63,544 nucleotides of DNA from Octopus bimaculoides (GCF_001194135.2 NC_068997.1:27660801-27724344), one strand, 5' to 3'; numbered from the stretch's first letter, positions 1 to 14,406 are shown. Made by a program: numbers and translations. Notes: a model not told the origin generated them from the sequence alone.

Positions 1-918
1 TATATATATATATGAGGCACCAACACTTAAAATTTAAAACAAATCTGTATATGTAAACTGTAAAATGGTTTGTTTGGAACATCTGAATGCTATTGAAAAA
101 CTTATGCTATAAGTTTTTCAAATGCAGACCAGCAAAAGAAGGAGAGTTTTAGATTTTTCACACCTTTCATCACTAATTTGGCTTCATGCCCTTAGATATA
201 AATATGTAAATAAATGCTAAGGAAATTTCCCAGAAAAAGCATCCAGAAAGTAAAACATTGAAAACCCTTGATATTTTCTTTTCCAAAGAACTAAACAATA
301 TCCAAGGTTAAGAATCTGAGGCATAAATTATGTGAGAAAAGAAATGTTTGGATGATCAATTTATAAATAGTTAAAATTACTTACATTAATACTTGAGAAA
401 TTTTAAAACTAAGAACAAAATAGTTGAAACATTTATCATAGTGATAATATAAAGAGGTTAGTTGAAGGTTTTAAAGTTAAAATTAGTGAGCAAAATATAA
501 ATTAAGCGAAATAAAAATTGTATTATATTTCAGTTAAGGAAGGGAATATGATTATGAAATAATTATAACACTCAATATATCAATTTTATTTCATCCTAAA
601 AGTAATTGAAAGAGAAAATGAAGTTACTTTTTTCGGTAAGTAGAATAAATACTTTCTATAGAATTCCAATTCAACTTCAACAAAGTTACAAACATGTTTA
701 AATAAATTATTACAAGGTGAACTAATAAAATAACAGTAAGCTATCACTACTTTTCTATTTAACGCAATAATGAAAGCAACTGACAGGATAAAGAGTACAA
801 ACACTATTTTTACTATGCTACAACTTGGAACACTTTTCCTATCAAAATATTCTTGAATGTGTTAACACACTGTTGTGACATCAAAGAGACAAAATTTAGT
901 TTTTTGATAGACAAATAG

Positions 919-949
<31 letters not shown>

Positions 950-1159
950 TGTGCATGATTTTGATATTTTCCCTGTTACCAGAAGTCAAACCCATTTTGA
1001 TTACTGGAAACAGAAGACTTGAGTAACTTTCTGTGAAAATTATCAACTTCGAAAATAAAAATGTATTAACTCTACTTGACATATTGAGTACTCTTATCTT
1101 CCATTTAAATTCAAACACACTTGTATTCACTGTATGTGTGCATGTGAGGATGGATGGAT

Positions 1160-1197
<38 letters not shown>

Positions 1198-1421
1198 GAG
1201 AGTAGGAAGTCATCTGATAGTTCTAATTATATACTTTATTTACTTACCAGTTAGTTTACATGTATTTAATATTTAAACAAAGTACCTCTCCCAAAAATGT
1301 TCTACCAACTATCCTTTTTAGTCAATAAAAAATAACAGAATTGCAATTATTGGTTCATTCATACATTATTTTCTATCATAATACTTTAACATTATTTGTT
1401 CAAGCATTACCAAAGATTTAA

Positions 1422-1424
<3 letters not shown>

Positions 1425-1485
<61 letters not shown>
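1425..1485. repeat. (GA)n microsatellite; representative of very many (TA)n, (CA)n, (GA)n, (TAC)n, (TAA)n, (GAT)n and (TCTG)n tracts in the window
   Basis: Seen directly; these tracts generate most of the spurious ORFs in the supplied track. Confidence 0.95.
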
Positions 1486-1488
<3 letters not shown>

Positions 1489-4381
1489 CACTTTGTAAAA
1501 CCAAGAGAAAAATGTGTCAATACAATAGTTTGATTGTTAGAATGAAAGCTAACATCCTAGCAGCTGGCAAGTGAAGCAGGGATAATGAACAAATATTGTA
1601 GTGAAAAATATTATTCTAACCATTACTCAGACACAGCAATCAATTACATAATTATTCTGATAATGACAAATGAATATTTCTTAATTTCTTGTAAATAAAT
1701 TTCAAAGACATGAAAGCATAGTCAAAACAGAAAATATCAGTTAACATTTGTTTGATTCTAAGAATGCTTAGTTAGGGAGTATCCAAAGCATTTAAAAGAT
1801 TACACACACAATATCAAGCCAGCATTACCCATGCTAATTGCAGATAAAATTATGTCTACATAAAACTGCCTGCAAATGGTGTTGAATGCTTACATATCAA
1901 TGATTTTTTTTTAAAAACCATTTATGAAAACCTATAAGATTTTTCATAAATGATTATTTTTTACCAACTCATTCAACACCATAAGAGCAGTATTGAATTT
2001 CGTTCAATGTCAATTACATAATGTGTAACCCACTGCAGTGTCTGTCAAATATATACTTACCATTTTTAGTCAACTCTTAACATTTGCTGAAAAAGGGGTA
2101 ACATTCGCTAGAGACATGTGCAATTTTCTTACAATAGATGAAAAATAATGTATAGCCTAATTTTAGAGTCGAAAGCAATAAATCCAAGAGGTGGGTACAA
2201 GAACACCATTAGAAGAATAAAAGTTTTAACTATAGAAAGTTTTGATGATTGGAAAGATTTACAGGAAATAAAATGTGTACACAAATATTATGTGGAAGTT
2301 TGTGTTACTGGGTTTAATATCAAATCTACACCTTCAAATTTCAATACAATATTTTAAAGTTATTTTCCATTTATGTTTAAAATACTAATCAATTTACTAC
2401 TTCTTAAGCATTGTTATTTACAGTTGAGGATAAAAATATTTAATATCAACTTTTCTGATCAAACAATAATTGCCATTTACTTTTAATGAACATCCAAAAG
2501 CTATTTTAATGAGAATTGATTCTAAAAAAGTAGAAATCAATATATATATATATATATATGTATATATTGTAACGCAATCGTTTAGGGACACATATACTCA
2601 AGTATTTTTAAGTGTAAAGAGAGACAACAGTTTACAACATACTGAAACTATAATTTTAAAATATTTAGGTGTTTAAGAAAAAAAATGTAAGATCTCCTAA
2701 CTATCATATGTAATTATCTTGATATAAAAAAAATCCAAAATGACTACCTTTGGAGCTAAATATATTCTCTTTGATAACTGTGCAAGTGATAGTATAAGCT
2801 TTTAACATTATAACATTAGTATTGTGTCATGCAATTCAAGTAAATCTAACAAATTTGTAGCCAGACCAAATAACAGTATTTTAACTATAATAATAGATTT
2901 ACAACCATGCAAGGTTTTTTTTTATGACAACAAAACAATGAATATTAGCACATGGAATTTGACTAAATTCAAGCAAGCTCCATAAAAATGAAAAAAAATT
3001 ACCAAGATCACTTCAAATTCATATGAAACATAAAAAATAATACTATTTAGAAATTAACAAAAATGACTTAAAACTTCAAATATATTTTCTTCAAATTGAA
3101 GAATTGAAAAAGCAGTCTTGGTAATTTTATAGAAGGGATAAGAACAAATCACCTTGCAAAAACATAACACTGATTAGTTTAAAAGCACATTTTATCAAAT
3201 ACTGATCTGAATAGAGAATATCCTGTTTTAAACTTGTAACTATAAAAAGTAAAAAATCTTTTTCTCATATTTCATATTTTTTTTAATTAGCATAGAATTA
3301 CTTTTATAGATGTGTACCATAAATTCATCACCTTATAGCCAGTAAGTAGTCCAGCAACTTAATGAGACTGACGAATAAAACTATTTGTCAGGCAATTCTT
3401 TTGATTATCTTTAGAACCTTGTTAATACTAAAACTAGAGAGATACAACAATTATAACCCATGCTAGGTGCCTTTCCAAATATCTGCTAGAGAGGCATGAT
3501 GATAGCTTATTTTTATGGAAAGGAATATTGTTAAGTAATGACATTCATGCAGTTCCCAAGGGCATTAGTAATAATATGCTACTGATATCCCACATAATTA
3601 ACAAAATAAAAGGTTTAAAAAAAAAAAAGAGCTAAAAATAAGAACTTTCTGTATGTAAATCTCGAAACTAACAATATATATGTATGTATGTATGTGTGTG
3701 TGTGCATGATGTATGTAAAAAAAAAAATGAACTACTGAGTTTTTATGATTATCAGAGCATATAAGAAAAAAGTCAAAATATTTACTTTGAGATAATTCAT
3801 TTTGTATTGATTGTATTTTACTAAATTAATTAGAAATTTTCAAATCAATGAACAAAACAACAAAAGATCTAAGTCAGTTGCAATTTAAGGTTGAATTCTA
3901 TTTCTATTGTGTATTTACAAGTGCTAGACATTTGCTGTGAAGTTTTCAAATAATTAACCCTTGATTAATTAGTAAAATTCACAAATAAGATATGTATAGA
4001 AAAGTATTTCTCACAGAAAAACTTTACAACAATTTATTTCCACACTCCACCACCATCCCTAATTTTTTGTAGTGTGTAGTTTTACTAAACGTTACAGTTT
4101 GCAAAAGCCTGTTTCTCAGTCCAACTAAATGTTATCATATGCATTAAAAAGGTGTGCACATAGACATACATACACTTAAAGAGAAAACATACTCACACAC
4201 CATTTAGTCTGGAGAAATGATAAAATAAAAGCCTTTTTTGGATAACAGCATAGGCAATAAAAAAAATTTACTCTTTAAATTAGTACCATTGCCTTAGTTA
4301 AAAAAACAAGTTTTGTGTAAACATTCTGTATAGAAAGTTGAAAATTTCATATAAATTCCCCCAACCATTTAGTATTATTAT

Positions 4382-4419
<38 letters not shown>

Positions 4420-6689
4420 CCAATGAAACTAATCTAAAATAAAGTCTAGTTAAATGCCTGAACATTACTTCTAAAACAGAATATTCTTCACGGAAAGCTA
4501 AGTTTATAGGAGGAAGCTATACAGGATTAGGTATTCACCACCCTTCAGAAATATTCTATTGTCTTTGAAACTACTTCCCTTCCGTTGACCATAACTGTTT
4601 TCAAATATGTTCATTGCAAGCCATGAAGTTGGAATAATAACCTAATTTTTACTCTCTACTTTCAATAAATATTCATACCCAATATTTCATACTCTAAACT
4701 TTACTTCTAAAACTAAAAACAAATCACCAATCTGCTTACATTTTCAATTATTTGCTTTCATTTTCGTATTTCAATGCACTTTGTTATATATGTGTTGTTA
4801 TGTATGTGTTTGTGTGTAATATTACCAATGTGTAATGTGAAGAGAAATAGTATTTTCAGTCTAAATCTCAAGAAACAGAATTTGTGAAGAGAGAAATGAG
4901 AAGATGAATAGATGTCAATCAAATTCTCAAAGTAGAAATAACATCTTAAACAATTAAGTAGTACATTAGAGTCAGGGGACTGCTTGGAAAGCCTGTGCAA
5001 CTAAAATATCTCCTTTGAAAGACAATTCTTATGCAGTTAAAATGCTACACTGCTAAACACGTGGTCTTGTGATCAAACTTCATTACAACCATTTAGCTTC
5101 TTGAGAAAAAAACATTTATCTGCTTCAGTTTGTTTGACTGATTAAAGGCTGTACTGTGTTATTAAACGACAAACATGCTATCCATCTGTAAAAACATCTG
5201 CTCAAATATAAACTACACAAGGTTTCCATGCCATGAAAATTTAAAACAGCAGAGAAAATAAACACATTTAATAAGCTATGAACAGACAATACTATGTATA
5301 TGTAATGCACAAACAATGCATTGTACATTATTGTAAATACTAAAGAAAAGTTTTGCAACAAATAAGAGTCAACTCATTCAGAGTTCATTATCAGAATCCT
5401 AAAAAATAGTAATATGTTTACTCAGGTACTAAATGTAAGGAGTTAATACCACTACTCACTAAATCATCTTACATGAAGATAATAAATCCCTTGGAGAACC
5501 CATACATGTAACTAGTTGTCTCTATTGATGGTTTTCATCACTTGAGACCAATTTGTTAGTCATCAAAGAAAAAGGAATCTTCAGAAAGATGACTTTAAAA
5601 AATTATTTTTAATGTATTAATTCCTGCTAACATGTTTAACAGGAACATATTTTCCTATAGGTTCCAAAATTATATTAGCCACATCCTTAATGTAAGAATA
5701 TTACTTGGAAACTGTGTTTGTGATGGGGGCTTGTTATTTTCTCAGCATGGAGCACAACTTGAAGATCAAAGGAGATGTGGAGCCCTAGAGTTGTACTGAA
5801 GATACTAATACAATTAGTAACTAATAACACAAGCTGAAATGAAATTTTTTTATAATACTTCTTCCCAGTTTTATGCAGGAGTTATAAAGGTAGAAAAATA
5901 TATTTGAGTCGCTCTTTCTGCACTGATTTTTTAATGTAGGGTTGAATTTAAAAATCAGTTAAACTGTCACTAACATCAAACACAAACAAGAAAATGTTTA
6001 AAGTATAAGTGTTAATACTGCAGCTGATGAAGACAATCATCATTATTCAGCTCAAAAATGTCTTGCCTCCATGCCAACAGGGATTGGACTTGTCTCCTGC
6101 TCAACAATGCATCATTGGTTTACCTCTAAGTACTGGCATAATTTTTTCCTTTGATCTTCCTGCATAGGTTTTTTTCATTAACACAAACACCACTGTAATG
6201 ACAACTGAATGCATCAAATATCAAGTCATCTCCTCCATATTTCGGCTCGTGACTTTAATGCTCAGTCATTCTCTCATTCATTCATGCAGGTTATAACATC
6301 ATATAATGTCCAACAAATCATGCACACCTCATTTTACTTTTCAGCCTACACAAATTCTGTGCATGCAATGCTTGTCCCAGTACCATGCAATACTATAAGC
6401 ATGTCTGTATAAAGTATGCCTCATACAGTCTGCCTTTTACATTAAGAAAGAGACCTTTCACTGCCAAGCCAACAGAGGAGACACCAGAATAATATCCAAC
6501 ATTCATTATGCTATCTACAAAAACTGACAAAGCTATTGATGCAATTAAACTAAAATTACCATCAATACCATGACATAGGGGTTGTTATTTAGGCCTCAAT
6601 CAACCTTGATATACTAAACTTATGACCAATGGCACTTCAGCTATCACCACTTTATCTTTTCAGACATTTTTCATTCAAAATATATCCAA

Positions 6690-7462
6690 CTAATGCCTTG
6701 TGGGCAAAACTTTTTGGGTGGGAGGTGACACCACCCTTCCTGCATGTACATAAAAACCTCTGCACTGGCAGGCCGTGTCAGGACCCCGCTGCCATGTCCA
6801 GAGCTCTGACATCCAGTGCACGTTTGTCTAATTTTCGTTTTTATGTAAGATGACCAAAAGCAATGAGCAAAGACCAGAAACCCATGTCCCATCACCAGTG
6901 ACAATGGTCTTCATGAAGTCTGGGTCATGGTTTGCACAGTCAACAATGTCCCGAGTGATTCCCATTCGGAGTTGCTTCTGCTGTTCTACCAGCATGGGAT
7001 GAATTTTGCTGACACTCTCTGCATGCACAAATCTGCCATTAAAATGGAATGCACTGCTCCTGTTGTTCTTCCCAGTTAGTAAGCAGTTTCCTGGATTGTT
7101 ACAAGATGGCCTTGCATGATTATTCACCAAACCTTTATTGGCTCCTTGTTTCAGCTTGTGGGTGGCCTGCCTGAGCATAACTTACAGTAATGTTTGAAGC
7201 AGTTATACCACTCCTTGATCTGAATTTTGTGCATAGCATCATTGTCAAAGGCCTACTGAATCTTCTGGATGGTTTGAGCTTGAGTATCAAGCTTTTGGTA
7301 AAACTTGAGGCAATGTTTCTTCTCGATGTGTTTGGTGACAATGAAAATCTGATTAGCACACACTGCATATCTGCACTCCGGGTGCAACAGCCAGGAACTG
7401 GCATGACCCACTGGTGCGAAATCTTTCAGGGTGGCATGGATACTTTTTGAACCCACCTCACA
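6690..7462 (-). mobile_element. Decayed, 3'-truncated mariner (Tc1/mariner) transposon: 5' TIR plus N-terminal two-thirds of the transposase
   Basis: Fragments HCLKFYQKLDTQAQTIQKIQ*AFDND..IKEWYNCFK..SGRP (HTH), QKQLRMGITRDIVDCANHDPDFMKTIVTGDGTWV (first catalytic Asp motif, cf. TGDETW) and ..KFCPQG. TIR-like GAGGTGGGTTCAAAAAGTATCC at the right end. Stops and frameshifts present. Confidence 0.9.
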
Positions 7463-9036
7463 CATACAAAACTACATTATCAAAATGTCCAGGTATTTTA
7501 AGATAATAGAATGTTACAAGTAAAAGGTGGAGACTTCGCCGCTACTTTTAGCAGGCCAAGTGATCACATACAGGCTGCCTTGGCAACTGGCTTGGTTATC
7601 CATTGCTGGTAAGAATCTGATAAATCTGTTTGACTACATCTGACACTCCAATCACAATCTACAGATGAAGTAAGGCTTAATTGTAAAAATCAGTGAAGCT
7701 ACAACTGTCACTTAACATACAGATGCATTCCTAACAAAATAATTAAATGTAATTAGCAATTAAGTGAGTGAGTGAAAAATGACATAAAAGTAATTTTATC
7801 TTGCATATTCAGACGTTTGTATAAAAAGAAAAACAAGAAACAAATCATAATAGGTTCATTATAGTTTCTGCAGAAGTAGGGGAAGCTGTAGATTAAAACT
7901 TTATCAATATTCTTTTAAATTGATTTAAATTTGAATATCTCCAAAATTAAATTGAAGATGACAGACTGGAATAATAAAAGCAATTAGATATTAAATTGCA
8001 AGACTTTTTGTACTTATATGAAAAATATGCTAAAAGTAAAAAAAAAAGTCTTTCAAAGCAATCTTCAATGAAGATAAATTTCTATTTAATGATGCTAAAT
8101 TTGACAATGTAAAATGTTTATTGTGAGTATAAAGCATTATTATTAAGATAATCATATTATAGTTAATTTGCTTGATTCAGTGGTTTTAAGATGCTACAAG
8201 GCTATACATCTGTAGTCAGTGGCTACAACTGAAATAATTTTGGTGCTTTCAAGAGTTGGGGAGGGAAATAATTATTAACTAATTTGAATTTTATTTAATT
8301 CTGAAATAGTAACTTAAAACCATATGTCTATTTTGAATAGGTTTACTAAATTAGCCTTAGTTTCATATTACATTTTGAATAGCATGTTTATGCATATCTT
8401 AGAACTTGTAAAATGTCTCAACATACTTATTTCAGTATAACAGACACCACCTTCCTCCAATACTACAACTATATACCTAAGGTACAAAGTGTTATGGAAA
8501 GTTAATCTGTGAAGTCACACACACACACACACATATGTAAGTCATATTTTGCTGATATAATGTTCTAGTAAAGAATCTTCATTTTCTCATACACACATAG
8601 GTAGTAAATCTACACACTTGTTTAAGATTGGAACTATAGTTAACATCTTTAAGAAATACAAAAACCTTTTTTTTATTTTTTTATTTGTCACCATCCATTG
8701 TTGGTTTAATCAAGATAAACTATTTTCCTCAGGAAGCAATAGAACAATGTAACACACCCACAGTTTTATTCAAAATCCTTTTTATTCTGTTGTTTAATAA
8801 CTACATCTTCATAAATACTCTTCCAGCCCAAACCACCCATCTAACAGTACATATTGGCTTATGTTGACTTATGTTTTCCCTAAAGCAACTATTTTTTCCA
8901 TGCATATGAGTCATACACTACACTGTTCACATGATGACTAGTAATGCATCAGTGTTCCCAAATGTTCTTTTACCTCTGCAGCCAGACAATTGTATTACAG
9001 AGCTATGGATAGTTAATTATGAAGAGTCTGGATTAC

Positions 9037-9072
9037 CTTGGTGCCTGTACGATGAAGCAGTTATGCACATGC
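9037..9072 (-). CDS. Candidate 36-nt exon (HVHNCFIVQAP in phase 2)
   Basis: Acceptor tgttttgtctaag| and donor AAG|GTAATC. Phase-compatible with both upstream exon chains. Confidence 0.35.
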
Positions 9073-11407
9073 CTTAGACAAAACATTTTTTAGTGCCTCA
9101 GCTAATCTACTTAGCAAAAGAAAATTGAAAGTTTTCACACAACAAAAGTGGTGATAATATGTTAAAACAAGGAATAAATCACACCATAAAACCAAAACTT
9201 TCTTTGCTGAAGATTATCTATAAATACCTTTAATTAGATCAGATTTCAGAATGATGACAAGGTTACCTTTAAAAGCTTATTGACAGGAGAAAGTTACAAT
9301 TTTGTTCAATTGAAAAGTTTGTAATCACAAAAAAAAAAAAAACGTATTTTAGCCCTATTTTTAACACATCATTACCTAGAAAATGCTATACACACACTTC
9401 AGACTTAATTTTCTTTCTGATTGAACTAAGAGTGAATGGGATGTGATATTCCTGGTGGACACCATGTCACCAATCTGCTTTCGAATTTACAGATCCAACA
9501 CCATTCCCAAACTAGTTCACCATACCCACCTTTCTTCGTCATATTGCACAGGCCCTCCTCCCTCCCACTCCCCAGCTCTATCTTCCCATTAAATACCAGA
9601 CAATATTGACAACATAATAATTATACTAACCTCACCACACACAACAAGCCCTTCCTTTCTCAAAAACAAACAAACAATGAAAAGACTTTCAAAGTAATGA
9701 AGCTGTGCCATTGAAAACCCACGGACTCCAGCTGCAATGGCTGTGAAGCAACCATTACAAAAAGAGACGTTCGTTGAAAGAAAAGCAAGCCAATGATCTC
9801 TCTCTCTCTCTCTCCCCCATTTTACCAGTTACTTACAACCACATATATAACTACAAACACACACATCCCATTATACGACACAGACAGTTCAGTCACTGCA
9901 GGCTAGCTTTAAAAAGCTGCTGTCTTTGCTACCAGATTTTCTAATAAACTCCGATCCTAACATCACACACATAACAAACACATAATTTGCTCTACATTCC
10001 AGCTTCTTTAGTTGCCAAATTCAAAACACAAAATGCCCTTAAGAAATTACTTTTATCTATCTATCTTTGCAAGCAGACCCATTCACATATAACAGTGGGA
10101 GGTAAACCAATCCTTCAAACTAACATCTAATACATTTTACCTTCAATATTCATAAATATGAGAGAGTATGTGTGAGGGAGAGAAAGAGAGAGGGGGGGTA
10201 TCACAGAACATTCTTTAAAGAATTTTCAACCTTTCTGCTTCTTTTGCTAATTCTTACCAATAATCTATTGAAGACCTCTCCATTTATCTCAACGTATGAA
10301 ACCATGTGTCATTTTCAAACTGAACCCCTGTGTATAATAACTGCAAAATTTTTTTTTTCCTCCAAATTACCCCCTCAAAATCTTTGCTAGCTCTTACTTG
10401 TTTCAGTCACTCGTTGGTGGCCATTCTACAGCACACCTGGAAAGGTTTAGTTGAGCAAATTGACCCCAGTATATTGTTTTGAAGTCAGGTACTTATTCCA
10501 TTAGTCTCTTTTGGCAAATCACTACCACAATGTTAAGAGTGAGTGGGGGGGGGGCATAAACACACATAATTCTTTTTTTTTTTTTTGTTTTTGTTGTATT
10601 TTTCTCCAAAGGTATGAAACCAATGTAAACATTTTAATTTTAAAGAGCAATTATGAACCAGCTGAAGATTAGCAGTAAGTAGCCATTTACATTGTTGTCA
10701 AGCTATAAAACAGAATGATTTGTTTATAGGATAATATTACTTATGAAGAAGAAGACTTAAAAACCTATTGCAAGATCTAATATTAAATAGACAATATTAG
10801 AATTAAAAAGGAAAAATCAATAAAAAAACACGTTTGCAGCAAGATAGCCTAGAACAATTTAGAACAAGTATTTACTGTCCTATAAAGTTTGGCATTTACC
10901 CAAATGTTTCATTAATATAATTTCTTTTCAACAAAGCTAGCTTGCAAAAAAACCTTTTAACACATGCAATACATTAAACGATTTTTTTCTTCTTCTTTTA
11001 AGAATAATTAAAAAAGTTTTTATGCATCATTTAAATAAAAAAGGGGGGGGGGGTGAGTTAACTGTGTTTATTCAAAACCTGAGCAGATACAGATTGAGAA
11101 ATAATTATCTAATAATTACAAATATTAACGATGACACAAATTTAATTTAATATCACTGATATTATTGAGCTATTTATTTGATTGTTCTTGTAGTTTACCT
11201 TCATCAAACAGAACTATGATCAAAGGAATTCAAGCAATGACTAGTCTGCCATTGTGTATCTCAGACAATATAGTCTAATGGCAAGGAGTGATTTGATAAA
11301 AATTTTGCTGTTACTTCTGGGAGTTTGAAGAACCATGCATTCACCCCCTCATTGATTCGTGTCTGTACACTGTAGGTTGAAAAACCAGTTAGCAACCCTA
11401 TACAGAC

Positions 11408-11460
11408 CTTTCAATAATATTTAGTGGTGATACAGTGCCAGTAGTACAATCTTCATAGTC
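11408..11460 (-). CDS. Candidate 53-nt exon (DYEDCTTGTVSPLNIIE)
   Basis: Acceptor atcacactccag| and a weaker donor AAG|GTCTGT. Open phase 0 to 2. Confidence 0.25.
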
Positions 11461-12656
11461 CTGGAGTGTGATATATTGTCATTACAATAGTTAAATGAAA
11501 GATATACAGCAGTACATGAAAAAGCAAGTAGCAACACAAAATACTTGAAACCAGAGAGATGATTTGCCAGTGGTAGAAGCAGGGAGAAAGTAATACAAAA
11601 CATCAATAAAAGCAAATTCTCTGTAAAGTCCTGGCAGGCCTGTGTAGATAATAGATCAAAACAATCTGCACTTGAAAAGAAGTGGAGCTTTCAGTTTTCA
11701 CATCAGGATATCTTTTATCTTCTACTTGTTTTAGTCATTGGACTACAACCATGCTGGGGCACCACCTTGAAAAATTTAGTCAAACAATTTGACCCCAGTA
11801 CTTTCTTTTTTAAAGAAGTCTGGTATTTATTCTATCAGTCTTTTGCCAAACTGCTAAGTTATGGGACAAAAATCAACCCCTATTGTCACGTGGTGGGATA
11901 GCACACATGCACATGATGGGCTTCAGTTTCCATCTACCAAATTCACTCACAAGGCATTGATCAACCTGTAGTTATAGAAGACACTTGCCCAAGGTACTGC
12001 CCAGATGGGACAGGACTTAAAAATCACATATGCAAAGCAAGCATCTTAATCACACAGTCATGTCAGAAATAAATTTGGAAACAGAAGCTCAAACAGCTCA
12101 GAAATACATACAGTAAACAATAGATTTCCATAAATCCATCCCCATACAAATTTTAATTACATTATTTAAAATTTTCTAGACAATCTAATCTTTTATAGTT
12201 TCTGTTTAACACTTTGCTTCAAGTGGCTCTCAACATCCTGCATGATACACATTCACACATCAGTATTTCTGTCTGTTAGTCCCACACCACATAGAATCAC
12301 ATGAATCAATCCAACCTCGTTTATATTCCTTGTACAGAAAAGTATAAACTCTATATATAATTCGTTTACACTCTGCAATACTCATTTACAGCAAGCCATG
12401 CATTGCTGAATTTTTGAAAATTATTATTATTATTATTTGTAGAAACTTCTTTGAAAAATGGCTATTAATCTCCTTTGAACAACTTATTTGATTATTTAAG
12501 CTGTGAATTAATGGCTGATGAAGTTTGAAGATGACAGGACACAAATTTTTTTTTTTTTTTGCAAGTTTTCTATTGAATTTTGATCAGTACACTCACCTAA
12601 ACTAATTTGTATGCAAAACAAAGGTACCTAAATGCATTGATGAAATTTGTGCATAC

Positions 12657-12680
12657 CTGGGAGTGGGAGTAATAGCTAAC
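12657..12680 (-). CDS. Candidate 24-nt microexon
   Basis: Acceptor ataaaatttacag| and donor CAG|GTATGC. Open as LAITPTP (phase 2) or VSYYSHSQ (phase 0). Confidence 0.4.
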
Positions 12681-13020
12681 CTGTAAATTTTATAATGAAT
12701 AACTTGTTGCAAAAAGCTGGGAAAATCTATTTTTTTTCTTTCTTGATATTTGTATGTCTATGTCTATTACTAATTCAATTAAAGTTATTGCTAACATCAT
12801 TTTCCCAGCATCTTTTTTCTGAATGNNNNNNNNNNTTCAACAGGATGTTAGAAATTAATCCCTAATATTAAATACCTTATTCTCCCCCCTCCCTGCCCTG
12901 TATATATATATTTTTTCTTATGATTAGAACCTTTCTTTCTAAGATACCATTACAATATTTTAAACTACACATGTATCTTACAGGAACAGATGTATAATGG
13001 TGTTAGATGAAAATGTAACC

Positions 13021-13467
13021 CAGTGCTTCTTGATGAGAAGTACTGCCTTCCCCTATCCACCACCAACATTAGGTTAGGTGGGGGGGGGGGGCAGTGGAAA
13101 ATGTTATGTAGATATTGAAGAGAGACGGCTGGTAATGGGTGACAGAAGTATTTGCACGTTTTTGTTTTTAGCCTTTGTCTCCAATTTAAATATTAACTTT
13201 AAAACTAATTTCAAACGAAATATGTTAAACTGTTTATTAGCTAACGATAACAACATCAACAGTAATAATAGACTTTGAAATGTGACTAAGTAAATAAACA
13301 AAACCTATGCTTATAGTATTTGCTTATAGCATCAAACTGGAGACTGGAACTAAATTACTCTGGCTTGCTCATATTATGTACATGAGTAAAAGGAGTGGGA
13401 AGAGATTTACAATACTGTTAGTAAAAATAAAAGGGAATTTAGCTCAAAAAAAGTTTGAGAAGCACTG
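13021..13467. mobile_element. Non-autonomous hAT (Charlie-like) MITE
   Basis: TIRs CAGTGCTTCT.. / ..AGAAGCACTG; 8-bp TSD ATGTAACC / ATGTAGCC (1 mismatch). Confidence 0.8.
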
Positions 13468-13762
13468 ATGTAGCCCATGTCAAATAGTGGCACCAATAGG
13501 ATTAGTTGTTAAGTCAAAATATTTATTTATTCTATTTGATATTACAGTTGGTTAACAGGCTCAATGCATTTCCAACAGCAAGTGCAATGAAGGGGTTTCT
13601 GTAACCCAATGCAGAAAAAATATCAATAAGGGACTTAGTTAAAAAAAAAAAAGCACAAGTTTTCCTTTTTTCTTGCTGATGATTTCACATCACTTGCCAA
13701 TATATATCAACAAAAGATATACAAATATGCGCGTGTATTTGTATACATGTGGTTTTTCCATA

Positions 13763-14188
13763 CATCATCCTGCAATGATGTTTCCTGGAGTCACCGGTGT
13801 TTTGGATCTTTCAACAATCAATCACCCCCATCTGGGTCACCCAACCAGGGTTAATCAAGTATCAGCTTGTATACAGTTAGCATTACTTTCCAGAACTCAT
13901 GTCTCTTGATCCATAGTTATTTTGAGTCAACCTCTGCTGTCTCCATAAACAACTTGATTATGTTCCGTCCAGTATATGCCCAGTATACCGTAGGATATGC
14001 AGAGAGACTCACCTAAGCCTCTTATCCCACCTCAATGGGTCAAACCTTGCTCGCCATCCATTGTTTCCGCACAACTGGCTCAGCATATACCATTCTATTG
14101 TTGTATTTACCTTCTCAATAAGGTCCTCCCAGGGAATAGAGTCTAACAGAACCACCCGCATGTATACTTTCAAGATCAGTCCCATTTT
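13763..14188 (-). mobile_element. 3' end of a restriction-like-endonuclease (RLE) non-LTR retrotransposon, HERO-like
   Basis: Frameshifted translation VVLLDSIPWEDLIEKVN..LCGNNGWRARFDP/EVG*RG..LGI.G..METAE..LWIKR..W resembles the RLE C-terminus (LELTVPWE..GW.A..P.EVGCRG..WLWIKR). It is followed by a 3'UTR (ACCCTGGTTGGGTGACCCAGATG..GAAAGATCCAAAACACC..GACTCCAGG) resembling HERO UTRs as I recall them. Confidence 0.7.
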
Positions 14189-14369
14189 TAGCCTTAATGT
14201 TCAGCTAACACAAACACACAACAGGTTTCTACAGAGTATTCATCTTTGAAATTCCACTTACAAAGCATTGGTCAACTCAAAGCTATTGTAGGTGACACCT
14301 GCCCGTGGTGCCATGTGATGAGATTGAACATGCAAAGTTTATAACAACACCTGTGATCATACAACTAAC

Positions 14370-14406
14370 TCTCCAGACTGTCTCTCCCATGACAAAGCAA
14401 GTACCA
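14370..14406 (-). CDS. Candidate 37-nt exon of the minus-strand gene
   Basis: Strong acceptor tttatttatttatgtctttcag| and donor AGA|GTTAGT. Open in phase 1 to 2 (VVLALSWERQSGE), or from an internal ATG (MGETVWR, phase 0 out). Confidence 0.4.

Noticed and set aside
5380-5570. TGATGA (C box) and CTGA (D box) motifs suggesting an intronic snoRNA
   Set aside because: Spacing and terminal stem not convincing; such motifs are frequent by chance in AT-rich DNA.
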